From NCBI GenBank assembly GCA_946965045.2, contig OX337230.1, positions 558,001 to 622,000 on the forward strand: 64,000 bases of DNA, read 5' to 3'. Both the position numbers and the translations under genes were made by a program. Position 1 is the first letter of the stretch. The number at the start of each line of letters is the position of its first letter. This document shows, piece by piece, positions 1-9,753 of this stretch. The notes under the pieces are model-generated. The model was given only the letters and a program-made list of their open reading frames with translations. It made no database searches and was not told where the DNA came from. The DNA comes from Epithemia pelagica (Eukaryota; Protista; Bacillariophyta).

Positions 1-7
1 GGAAGCA

Positions 8-388
8 GTGCAGGAGGAGGAAAACATGGAGGGACCATCCGAGGAGCCTCCCGAGGAACCTTGTGAGCGCCAAATGGAAGATAAGCAGGTAGGTCCGGGG
101 AACAGCCTCGATGATCCGATGGAGCATTCAGCGTTTCATACTGCACCGTCACTTCACACCAAGAGTCCCGATGAAAACGAGATGGACTTGAGCTTTCATG
201 AAACTGTCATGAACCATTGTAACGATGAGCAACACAACGATAGCCAGCAACAGTATGATGACGACATGGATACGAACAAAGATTCGGAGCACTTGGGGGA
301 CAACAGCAATAACACAAACGACGACTCCGTGGAAGAGCAGAATTCCATGCTGGTCGAAGGAAAAGCTGTCGACGAAAACATGGAGTAG
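8..388 (+). CDS. Acidic low-complexity ORF, possibly the 3' end of a gene starting before the window
   Basis: 126-aa E/D/N-rich ORF at the window edge with no recognisable domain. Confidence 0.3.
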   Translation: MQEEENMEGPSEEPPEEPCERQMEDKQVGPGNSLDDPMEHSAFHTAPSLHTKSPDENEMDLSFHETVMNHCNDEQHNDSQQQYDDDMDTNKDSEHLGDNSNNTNDDSVEEQNSMLVEGKAVDENME

Positions 389-678
389 AAAGGGGTAGCG
401 ATGAAGAATTCTGCTTCTGATTGGGGACGAGAGGATCTCTCCATGAATGAGAGTTCTGCAGAGACAGATTGACCAACTTGGGGTGGTTGGCGATCGTTTC
501 GATGCTCTTTTGAACTCTTATCTGCTCTACTGTGAGGATGACCTTGGTAGATTCATAGCTAACGAGTGACATAAATCATAGAGTCTCGTTCACCAAGTGT
601 CTAATCATCACTCTGATATATAAATAGAAACATAAACTTAGGCAGGAGTAATATATCATACATTGAGAGAATAAAACG

Positions 679-1115
679 AATAAGAAGAATGACTCTTGGT
701 GTATGGATGCGTTGATGCGTGTGCAGGCGCATTGTGTGGCGCAAACAGAGGATGATGAACAACGTTTCGAAGTCGCATCTCCCTCGTTTGACGAACACAC
801 ATATATGGCCCCACAATCAAACCGCATTTATACAGCCAATGAGACAATTCCTTCCGTATCCTTTGAGCTTGGTTTTGTCTTGGTATCTTGAGGAACAAAA
901 CACCATAAGGTGCTCTTGGGGAGAGTCCTGGTGTATCCTGCAGAGGTGAGGTGTGCGAGCTATGTGGGCTGGGTGGTTTGAGAACCGTCATTGGTCTGTT
1001 CGTCAAACGAGGGAGATGCGACCTTTAAATGTCGCTCATCATCCTTTGTTTACGCCACACAATGCGCCGGCACCCGCATCAACGCATCCATACACCAAGA
1101 GTCATTCTTCTTATT
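679..1115. repeat. Inverted repeat, ~119-bp arms (679-797 / 997-1115), ~200-bp spacer
   Basis: aataagaagaatgactcttggtgtatggatgcgttgatgcg...cgtttgacgaaca is the reverse complement of 997-1115 with about ten substitutions. Confidence 0.9.
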
Positions 1116-1320
1116 TGTGAAATATCAATCGCAAGTGCTACAGTCTTTTGAATAGGACTTGAGGCCTTGGAGAAGACGTATTCGTCTTCTTAGACAAGGG
1201 TGGTATCTTGTCATGGAACAACTGCGGCTTTTGTTCGAGAAGGGTATATATATTGGGTAACTGAGTGAGGCAGAAGGTCGCCGGACGTATCCTTATCATT
1301 GTGCTGACCAGGCCAAAATA

Positions 1321-1441
1321 GTTGTCCAGATTCAGCGACATTTTATGAACGTTTATACACTTTTGTATCCGGTGCATGAATTAAATCATCCATCAAATGA
1401 CATGTATAAACGTTCACAAAATGTCGCTGAATCTGGACAAC
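1321..1441. repeat. Inverted repeat, ~39-bp arms, ~43-nt loop
   Basis: gttgtccagattcagcgacattttatgaacgtttataca (1321-1359) pairs with tgtataaacgttcacaaaatgtcgctgaatctggacaac (1403-1441) with one mismatch. Confidence 0.9.
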
Positions 1442-1469
1442 CATGTTTCCCGAATTTTCACAACAATAA

Positions 1470-3800
1470 TTATACACCAACAACATGCCGATCATCCGTA
1501 TTGCACGACTTCGTGCGATTTGAATTGTGAACTTCCTGGTGCTGATCATGAAGCACTAGAGGTTCCTTTCCACGAGGAGGTTCTTCGCTGGTAAGAAGTT
1601 CCTGTAAAAAGAAAAAATCCTTCGTGTCAGAAGCGTCATGCCGGACCTGCCCCTTTCGCTGGAAGAGTATTTTACTTACCCCACCCGGGAGTGCTCTAGC
1701 CTCCATTTCCTCTGACCGAGGAATCTGGACTTGTTGATATGCGCGAGTCTCAGTTCCTACAGTAAGAGATTCCGGAAGATGTGCTCTCTTCCGTAGCTTT
1801 TGAACAAATGACCCAAGTATATTTTTCGTATCTATTTGCATCGACATCACTGAACGATGTAGTTGTCCCTTCAGCAGACCACAAAGATGGTTGAAAAACC
1901 CTTTGCGGAATTTAGTGAACACCTCGAAGTCGCCATCAGAGCGTTTCGTATCTTTTTGTTTTATGATCGCTAGACCATGTAGAAGGAGTTCAATGGAGCG
2001 ATTCGACACACAACGAAGCGGGGTTTTGCCTGGATCAAGCAGATAGCCAAACACAGAGTCACTCCGCTCGAGTGCGGTGAAGAAAACAAACGATCTCCAG
2101 ATTTCATCTTCATTCAGTTTTTCAGGTTTCATAAACCTCTTCCTGAGATTCATTGTAGAATCCATTAATAAATCAATGTGACCCTTCAACTTTTGGCCAT
2201 AGTCTTGGTGGAACGTGGTCAAGACGTCCGAGGAACTCCAGCTGGCCACGCCTGGATGTACTCGTAGGGTTCTTAGCACATTCCGAACAGGACAGACTTG
2301 TTCCGCATTCAGTGGGGGACCCTCCGGGAAAGAAAGAAAGTACCAAATCGCGGGAAGCTGGTCTTCGATCTTCTTCTCTAAGATCTTTTTGGTGATACTT
2401 GGCCCTTGGACAGTCCTGGTCAGTTTGGGACTGGGCCGATCTAATATACTATCCGAAGGATCTGGTTGTCGTGCGTTAGCGAAACCTGGTTGCTGACTTG
2501 AAGGAGGCAACAGATCTGGTGGTGTTGCCTGAAGGAAACCTTGTTGCTGACATAACGGAGACGAAATATAGGGTGGTCTAGCGTGATCGGTACTTTGGCA
2601 TTGACTTGAAGGATGCGACTGATGCGTCCTTGTACCAAATGCTTCCGATGGTGTACCGGCGAAAAAGGTTGGAGGTTGCGGATTTACCGAGCTTGGAGCG
2701 GTGCTCTGACCTTGGATGACTGTCGTTGCCACAGAGACTTGACCTCCATCAGTCCGCATACTTGCCAGAGAATCAAAGAATTGGGGAGGTGTGACAGAAG
2801 TATTCTCACTAATCGCGACAGAGCCTGTCAGATGCATTGATGCTGGAGTTCTTTCCAAGGTTGATGGCTTTCCTTTAGACGTGCTTGCGACATGTAGCTT
2901 GTCGTCGCTTGTCCTACTAGTCTGTTGTGACATGCCTGTGAGATCTTTAGTGGCATCTCCAGGAAAAGACGTGTTTTTCGACCTGCTTACGAGATCTTTC
3001 GACCTTTCTTCGGGATCCTTGGGAGGAGGCCACCCAATCATACACTGAGTGATAAGATCATCAATCAAGAGACTATACGCAGGGCTTGTCTCTGCCGATA
3101 CACCACCAGCTGGTGGATTTCCCAGTAGTCCTGCGTTGGATAAGCTTACAAGATCTCGAGGAGCAGCATCTCCAGTATGAGGCTTCGCTTGGGGATCGGT
3201 AGGAGGCCACCCATCCATAAACTGATCTTGAGGATCATTCATCAAGAAGGTGCTTGGCACCTCGTTTTCTTCGACCGGCAAGGTAGGCTTATTTCCTTGT
3301 TGAGGCTGATCTTCAAGGTCAAAGGTTTCCGTAGAATCCAAGTTGTACGATTTCTCAGTGTCGCCAAGTTCTTCCAAGCTCATGCAGCTCCCAAACGATG
3401 GCAAAGAGCCAAGATCTTCGGGTAGCACGAAGGAGGCTGACTCGTTTCTCCGGTTCCGTACTTGGATGCAGGGATCGGGAGGAAGAGCTTCGCGCTCCAA
3501 ATGGGGCACGAAACATTCTGTCACCTGGTTCAGTTCACCACCAGGATCTTCTTCTCCTGCCGCTTGTTGGACGTTCCCTGTCTGTCTCTCGGATCCATTC
3601 CACGACGGTGGAGGTTCTCCTGTGCTCAACTCACCATGAGCGTTTGACACAAACGCCAACATCTCAAGGGGATCAACAACGGTCAGAGAGACTGCATCAT
3701 GGCTAGACCTTTCCGGTGGATGATGATCCAACTCTGGGATGGCAGAAATGCCTTTTTCATCATCACCATCGTCTGGTCCTTGCTCTCGTAGAGGGTCCAT
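1470..3800 (-). CDS. Hypothetical protein (disordered N-half, predicted helical C-terminal domain); probable in-frame intron 1602-1679
   Basis: 776-aa ORF. The minus strand has GTAAGT at 1679 and a pyrimidine tract ending TTTTTACAG at 1602 (78 nt, stop-free, so the ORF track reads through it). No family recognised. Confidence 0.6.
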   Translation of the reverse strand: MDPLREQGPDDGDDEKGISAIPELDHHPPERSSHDAVSLTVVDPLEMLAFVSNAHGELSTGEPPPSWNGSERQTGNVQQAAGEEDPGGELNQVTECFVPHLEREALPPDPCIQVRNRRNESASFVLPEDLGSLPSFGSCMSLEELGDTEKSYNLDSTETFDLEDQPQQGNKPTLPVEENEVPSTFLMNDPQDQFMDGWPPTDPQAKPHTGDAAPRDLVSLSNAGLLGNPPAGGVSAETSPAYSLLIDDLITQCMIGWPPPKDPEERSKDLVSRSKNTSFPGDATKDLTGMSQQTSRTSDDKLHVASTSKGKPSTLERTPASMHLTGSVAISENTSVTPPQFFDSLASMRTDGGQVSVATTVIQGQSTAPSSVNPQPPTFFAGTPSEAFGTRTHQSHPSSQCQSTDHARPPYISSPLCQQQGFLQATPPDLLPPSSQQPGFANARQPDPSDSILDRPSPKLTRTVQGPSITKKILEKKIEDQLPAIWYFLSFPEGPPLNAEQVCPVRNVLRTLRVHPGVASWSSSDVLTTFHQDYGQKLKGHIDLLMDSTMNLRKRFMKPEKLNEDEIWRSFVFFTALERSDSVFGYLLDPGKTPLRCVSNRSIELLLHGLAIIKQKDTKRSDGDFEVFTKFRKGFFNHLCGLLKGQLHRSVMSMQIDTKNILGSFVQKLRKRAHLPESLTVGTETRAYQQVQIPRSEEMEARALPGGVSKILFQRKGQVRHDASDTKDFFFLQELLTSEEPPRGKEPLVLHDQHQEVHNSNRTKSCNTDDRHVVGV

Positions 3801-4234
3801 GATTATTCAAAGATCTTTGTTCCGTTGGACATGCCAACTCAAGCCCAGAATGAAAAAAGATCTTTGAGATCTAGAATTTTTGCTGTGAAGTACACAATAG
3901 CCGCCAAGAATGAAAACGGTGTGTCTGTCAGTATCAGCTGAAAAGCAGTGGCGAGCCCAGCTTCAAACGTGCACCGTATTCTTGATCCAAACGCGTTTGA
4001 AGAGACACCTTCATTTCTCTCTCTTGTCCTTTGTGACGTCCATCTTTCTTTGGCAACAGACTGCCAGTGATGAGGTGAACAGACATGGATGATCAACAAA
4101 CCAACTCAATCATTGTGCATACAGCCATGAAATCCGATATGGTTGTCGGTTCTTTGCGGTATTCTCAAGGCGATTCATCCATTCAATGAGCCACACCAAA
4201 GATTACACCACTCAAAGAGGATTACATGTGAATA

Positions 4235-5842
4235 TTACAACCAATCATCATCGTTCAAGATAATTCGATACTGCTTCCACCTACTGGAGAGCCCCGGGAG
4301 CTTCTTGGTCATCGTGAACTCGTCTGGAACAACAAAATAAAGATCAGTGGAGCCAGCGAGCGCTGAAATTGATTCTGCATAGCTCACTGCAAGTGGACGG
4401 CTATTTCCTGCTTTCACTTGCAACAATTTTCCTGCGCCTTGGGTCTTGGGAATGAAGATGGAATCAACGACAGGAAAATTTGAGAGATGGGGCAGAAGGT
4501 AACCTCCATTTGCTGATGTGCGTCCGCGTTGAATGGCCGCATCTAGCTGGGCTTGGACGTCGTTGGTTGGCAGCCGGATACGTGAAGCATGTGCTGGGAT
4601 CGTGATTGTCTTTGGCCCTGACTGAGACAGCCCTGTTTGCGTAAGGCCCTGTGCCAAGCCACTCAAACCATCTTTCAGAATTTTCTTGTGGGCGTAGGCC
4701 TCGTAGCGGATGCCTCTTAAAGCCTCTAGCTCGTCTCTGGTGTCGCGAAACAATACCCACAAGTCCTTTATCGCCTTGTTGTCCATCAACTTGTCCCGAA
4801 TGCGAGCTCCAAGATCGTCACGACAAGGAATGATAGAATAATTTGTAAAGTCAATGGTTCCATCGGAACGCGTAATGGGTAGCATATGGAAGATTGTCCA
4901 AAGGGGTTTAAATGGATCGGAAGTCTCCATGTCGTCGATGCGTCTCAGGTTGGCGGCGACATCATTTAAGGCGGTAACTTGACAAGACTCCGTTTCCTTC
5001 AAATTCAGGTCCACTCCGTGTTCGATCCTTTCCGTTTCAAACAGAAAGCGAGGTATGCCACCAAATTCTTGAAAACGCAATTTCACACGCGCTTCCGACA
5101 CGCCTGGATAAGACTTCAACCTCATCCGGAGTGCCTCTTCAAGCGAGTACGGGCCCATGTACAAACTCGACATGGAGGCTCCTTTCTTGATGGCTTGGCA
5201 AGTGTTGCGATCGGGTGACATGGCGAGAATAAATGTTTTCCCAGCCAGACCGTACTCGCCACCGAGAAAATTTGGATCGCCATTTTCCGGAGGATCAATA
5301 AGAAGATAGTCGGCTTGCTGAGACAATGAGCTCACCTCGATACCCGCCATCTTGTATTTCTCGACGGTGCCATTGGGCTTGAATATTCGGGTGAAACCTG
5401 TTTTTCCATGGAAATAGCAAACGGTCTTTTGTAATGTCAAAAGTTGGTGCAAGCAGTAGTCCAGAAAACACGATTTCCCAACGCCTGGTGTGCCTTTGAT
5501 AGCAGTGCCTTCAGGCCCCCCTTCGTCAGGCGCCACTTCGTTGGCCTCATCGCCAATGCCATATCGCTGTTGAACAATGTTCCACAAGTCGACGTGGCAA
5601 TCTCGCACAAAAAGACTCTTCTTCCGGGTTTGTGGCCACCGGTGTTCCGAATCAGCGCTGATTAATACGTGGGTATGAGTGTCATCGAAAGAGGAACCAA
5701 AACCGCTCATTGTCATCGACATCCAAGCCTTTTTCCAGAAAGTTTGAAAAGTGGAGCGACAAGGGCGACATATGGTCGGTCGCGGATGGAACGCACCTAA
5801 ACGGGTTTTGGATCTTTTGCGGATCTTTCGGTGATCGGTCAT
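4235..5842 (-). CDS. Crinkler/RHS-type protein: P-loop NTPase + restriction-endonuclease-fold domain (start may be at 5722)
   Basis: Walker A GTPGVGKS followed by a hydrophobic strand; YLLIDPP; GPYSLEEA; FGGIPRFLF; C-terminal YEAYAH...NFPVVDSIF...LLQVKAG, typical of the CR NTPase+REase module. Confidence 0.75.
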   Translation of the reverse strand: MTDHRKIRKRSKTRLGAFHPRPTICRPCRSTFQTFWKKAWMSMTMSGFGSSFDDTHTHVLISADSEHRWPQTRKKSLFVRDCHVDLWNIVQQRYGIGDEANEVAPDEGGPEGTAIKGTPGVGKSCFLDYCLHQLLTLQKTVCYFHGKTGFTRIFKPNGTVEKYKMAGIEVSSLSQQADYLLIDPPENGDPNFLGGEYGLAGKTFILAMSPDRNTCQAIKKGASMSSLYMGPYSLEEALRMRLKSYPGVSEARVKLRFQEFGGIPRFLFETERIEHGVDLNLKETESCQVTALNDVAANLRRIDDMETSDPFKPLWTIFHMLPITRSDGTIDFTNYSIIPCRDDLGARIRDKLMDNKAIKDLWVLFRDTRDELEALRGIRYEAYAHKKILKDGLSGLAQGLTQTGLSQSGPKTITIPAHASRIRLPTNDVQAQLDAAIQRGRTSANGGYLLPHLSNFPVVDSIFIPKTQGAGKLLQVKAGNSRPLAVSYAESISALAGSTDLYFVVPDEFTMTKKLPGLSSRWKQYRIILNDDDWL

Positions 5843-5981
5843 TCAATTCAATCGTCATATCCCATTGGCATCACGGATGCTTCATGACGATTCAGATATC
5901 AACTTTCACTATGACGAGTGATGCTCAGAGACACAAGAATAAAAGTAAAATGAACACAAATATTTCTATTAGCAGTTACAA

Positions 5982-7923
5982 TTAATGCGCTCCCTCGACA
6001 GCTTCGCCTTCGTCATCATCATCATCCTGAAGATCCTCAACGTCTGCATCGGCAAATCTCAGCGAGTGCATGGCATGTCGTTTCTTGTCCACCCAGGCCT
6101 TGATTTCAAAGTCGTCACCATCCAACAAGTTCAATTCCCATCCCTCAAAGAATCGAGGCAAAAAGAACAAACGGGCGGGGATACACAGCAGGGTCATTAG
6201 CGGGAAAATAATGGAAATGGCCGACATGTTTTGCACCAAAAACACCATGCCAAAGAAGAACAGCTGCAGCACAGTGTACAAGTGAATCTTGGGCTTCTCC
6301 AGGTAACGGTTGAAGACTGTATCGGGGTATCGGCTGGGTTGTTGCAACCACAGCAAGATGCGGTTCCAGAATTGCATGGCAGGCAAGGACGAAAGACCCA
6401 TGAATAAGAACACACCATACAAGACAGGCATGGGCAACAATTGAAGCAGTTCCAGAACAAGCAAGGATAATCCAACCATCAAGTGGGAAAAGAACAAGGT
6501 CAAACGAGTCTCCTGCACGCCAATAATGTTGCCTTCCTTGTCCTTGTCGGCCAAACTGTTGAGATGGATAATGCAGGGAACGGTAGTGGCAACCAACCAG
6601 GGAAGACCAAGGATACCATTGACAAAGTTGAACATTCCGTTCAGGCACAAATCATAGTTGTACGCTTCCCCATGCTTGAGCTTGTGGTTGGGGTGGTTGA
6701 TCAAATGCCATGTGATACCGTTGTCAAGCAAGCAAAGCAAGAAGGCAAGAACGGCAGGACCAGCAGCGACAATAGGAACCCATCCCTTGCCGTTCAGATC
6801 CGAAAAGTCGACAAACCAGTCACGAGTGCGGGCGGCTTCGGCTTGATCCGGACAGTCGTCAGGGAAGAATGTGTTACAGGTGTCGTCACAGCACTTGAAC
6901 GAAGGTTCGAATCGATCAGGGACGTTCAATTGTTCAGTTTCAACATCGGTAAAGAGGAATTCCTTGATCACAGTGGCAATCAACACAGACATGGTCACGG
7001 CAAAGTCATGGACCGAGTTACGAATGCCATCGTTGCAAAAGAAGGACGAGTTCTTGAAGCTTCGGAAGAAGAAGATCAAAGCTGTGGTTCCGAAACCAAG
7101 CAAGGTACTGAGAAGAGCAACTTCCATGTAGTCGTAGTCTGGGTCGTCTTCAAAGTCTTCATGAGAAGGTTGATTGGGGTCAAAGTATCGAAGGATACCG
7201 ACATCCGAAAACGGATCACCACCAGCGTCAAACACAAAAATGGTCACAATCAAAAAGGCAAAGATTTCATCGGTGAAACGAGTGGCCAAACGGACGACGC
7301 GCGTCAAGTCGAAAAAGGCAGCAGTGACACAGTAAAACAACAACCAGCAGGAAATCCAAGCGTTGAAAGTCAAGAAAGGGACACCAATGTTGTCCGCAAT
7401 TCGGACGACGGCCTTGGTGAAGGCGAGCACTGGACCTGTGGATCCAATCACACACTGCAACGTTGACCAGCTGCTGTTAGAAACTATGGTACAATCACGT
7501 CGATCAATCATGAACCGTTTGTTTGTTACTTACGAGAGGCATACCACCAATGAGACTTTAAGTCACTCTAATCCATGACGTGGCCAAAATGGTTTCGACG
7601 GCTCCAATCTTGTTGTCCGTTTCCTTGCCATAGACAGCTCCAAAGGTCAAGGTGGGGGCAATGACGGAAATGAAAACCAAGAGGGTCACGGCAACCGTCT
7701 TTTGGTTAAAGTTGGTGAATTCGGTGACCCAGTGAGTACCCACAGTGCGCTTGAAATCATTGATAATACCGACACCCCATGGCTGACCCTCATCCATGTG
7801 GACCTTGCCGGCATCCGGGATAAGTTCGGCATTTGACAACTGAGAAGCACGAAGGTTAGCAACTTTTTGATTTTCCATCTCATCCATGTCTTGAATGGTA
7901 TCGTCTTGATTGCGGGGAGCCAT
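5982..7923 (-). pseudogene. SLC4: SLC4/HCO3- transporter family gene, two exons (7923-7534, 7454-5982), with an in-frame TAA at 7560-7558 in exon 1
   Basis: Motifs VIAPTLTFGAVYG, IGSTGPVLAF, TRFTDEIFAFLI, YNYDLCLNG, QETRLT, VLYGVFLFMG. Intron GTAAGT(7533)...CTAAC...TTGCAG(7455). Exon 1 reads ATSWIRVT*SLIGGMPL and splices in phase 0 to CVIGSTGP. Confidence 0.8.
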
Positions 7924-8321
7924 GATGCTGTTGGTCAATTTCCAAAGCAGCGAAATGCAATGTTGTCTCCCGTTTGACCTCGTCGAACTTCGTCGTTCGT
8001 CTGAATTTATGAGGACGTTCAACAGGACTCTGCTTACTGACCTCTCCACTCTCAACCCGTTCGATTTGTTCATGGCGGCCACGTCGAAACGAAAAAGTGA
8101 GCAACAGAAAGGAAACAGGATATTTTCACATCTCTCCCATCTCTCGATGTGATGTCAGCAACAACCTATCGATCAAATATTGAAAGATTTCAATAGAATC
8201 TAATTTCCACCTATGTAGAGAGTGAAGGGAGACGATGGAGAGTGAGACACGGTCTTGGACGCTTCACGCAAAAACTTCTTTCTGGCTTCCGGGTTGTTGG
8301 GAGCGAGGGAGTCTCGAAATC

Positions 8322-9070
8322 AATAACGGTATCACATGGCATTTGATCAACCATCCTAACCACAAACTCAAGCACGGTGAAGCCTACAACTACGATCTTT
8401 GCTTGAATGGATTCTTCAACTTTGTCAATGGTATCCTTGGTCTTCCCTGGTTGGTCGCCGCCACTGTTCCTTGTATCATCCATCTCAACAGTTTGGCCGA
8501 CAAGGACAAGGATGGCAAAATTATTGATGTGCAAGAAACTTGTTTGACCTTGTTCTTTTCCCACTTGATGGTTGGTCTTTCGTTGTTGGTCTTGGAGTTG
8601 CTCCAGTTGTTGCCTCTGCCAGTCTTGTACGGTGTGTTTTTGTTCATGGGTCTCTCCGCTTTGCCCGCCATGCAGTTCTGGAACCGCATCTTGCTTTGGT
8701 TCCAACAACCCAGTCTTTACCCAGACACTGTCTTCAACCGATGTATTGAAAAGCGCAAGGTTCACTTGTACACTGTCCTTCAATTGTTCTTCTTTGGCTT
8801 GGTCTTTTTGGTGCAGAACTTGTCGGCCATTTCCATTATTTTCCCCCTCATGACACTGTTGTGTATCCCCGCCCGCTTGTTCTTTTTGCCTCGATTCTTT
8901 GAGGGATGGGAACTGAACTTGTTGGATGGTGACGACTTTGAAATCCAGGCATGGTTGGACAAGAAATCTCGAGCGATGCACTAACCGACTTTGAAAACTC
9001 GGAACACGGACCATCGGAGTATGGGGCAGGCGATGATGTCGAGGGAGACGAAATTGTCGACGACGCTTAA
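8322..9070 (+). pseudogene. SLC4: 5'-truncated SLC4 paralogue fragment, head-to-head with the upstream copy
   Basis: From NNGITWHLINHPNHKLKHGEAYNYDLC to KKSRAMH it is highly similar to the C-terminal third of the 5982-7923 gene. Sequence upstream of 8322 is not homologous. A stop at 8982-8984 is followed by an acidic tail (DDVEGDEIVDDA*) in another frame. Confidence 0.75.
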
Positions 9071-9753
9071 GTGCTTATCCTCGACGATCATGGAAAGAGT
9101 GAAACGTTTTCTGCTATTACAACAACTACATTGTTTCTACATATAATATGTGTTTTACTTATCATTAGTGCTGATACATCTTCTTGTTGTAGAATGACCT
9201 TCGGCGTGGTTCTCTCATTAGCTCTTTAAACAGGACATCAAGAGGTCTTTGACCTTTGACTAGTCGTGCGCTCCAGGTTCATGAGGATTTTCCCTTGATA
9301 ACCGACAATGGATCACTACGATGAATTCAACAGACACAATCCAGACAGTCTTTTGCGGAAACTCATCGACGCTTAGGGATGTCCCCCATGATGATCATCG
9401 ATGTCGAAAAGAAGAACGTCCCACGAGATATACAACCTTGCCCACTATTGGTTTGAGACGACTTCCACTTTTCTAGCTTTGATTTCTCGAGCTAGAGCTG
9501 CAGCTATCGACAATCGGCACAGTCTTGTATAGTGGGGTAGTTCAGCACTAGAGGAGGCAATCCGAGGATTAGCCCCATAGCCCTACGAGTACATCTCGAA
9601 AATGCGTAGTGCTACCCCCTAGATTAGACCGTAGCTCGTCGATATGACAATAACGAATGTAAATTACGACTCCATAAAAAAATGCATTGTGGAAAGAGAC
9701 TTGTCAATAATTGATACCGTCAGGGACCCTGAGCAACAGTGTTCCACTTCTTC

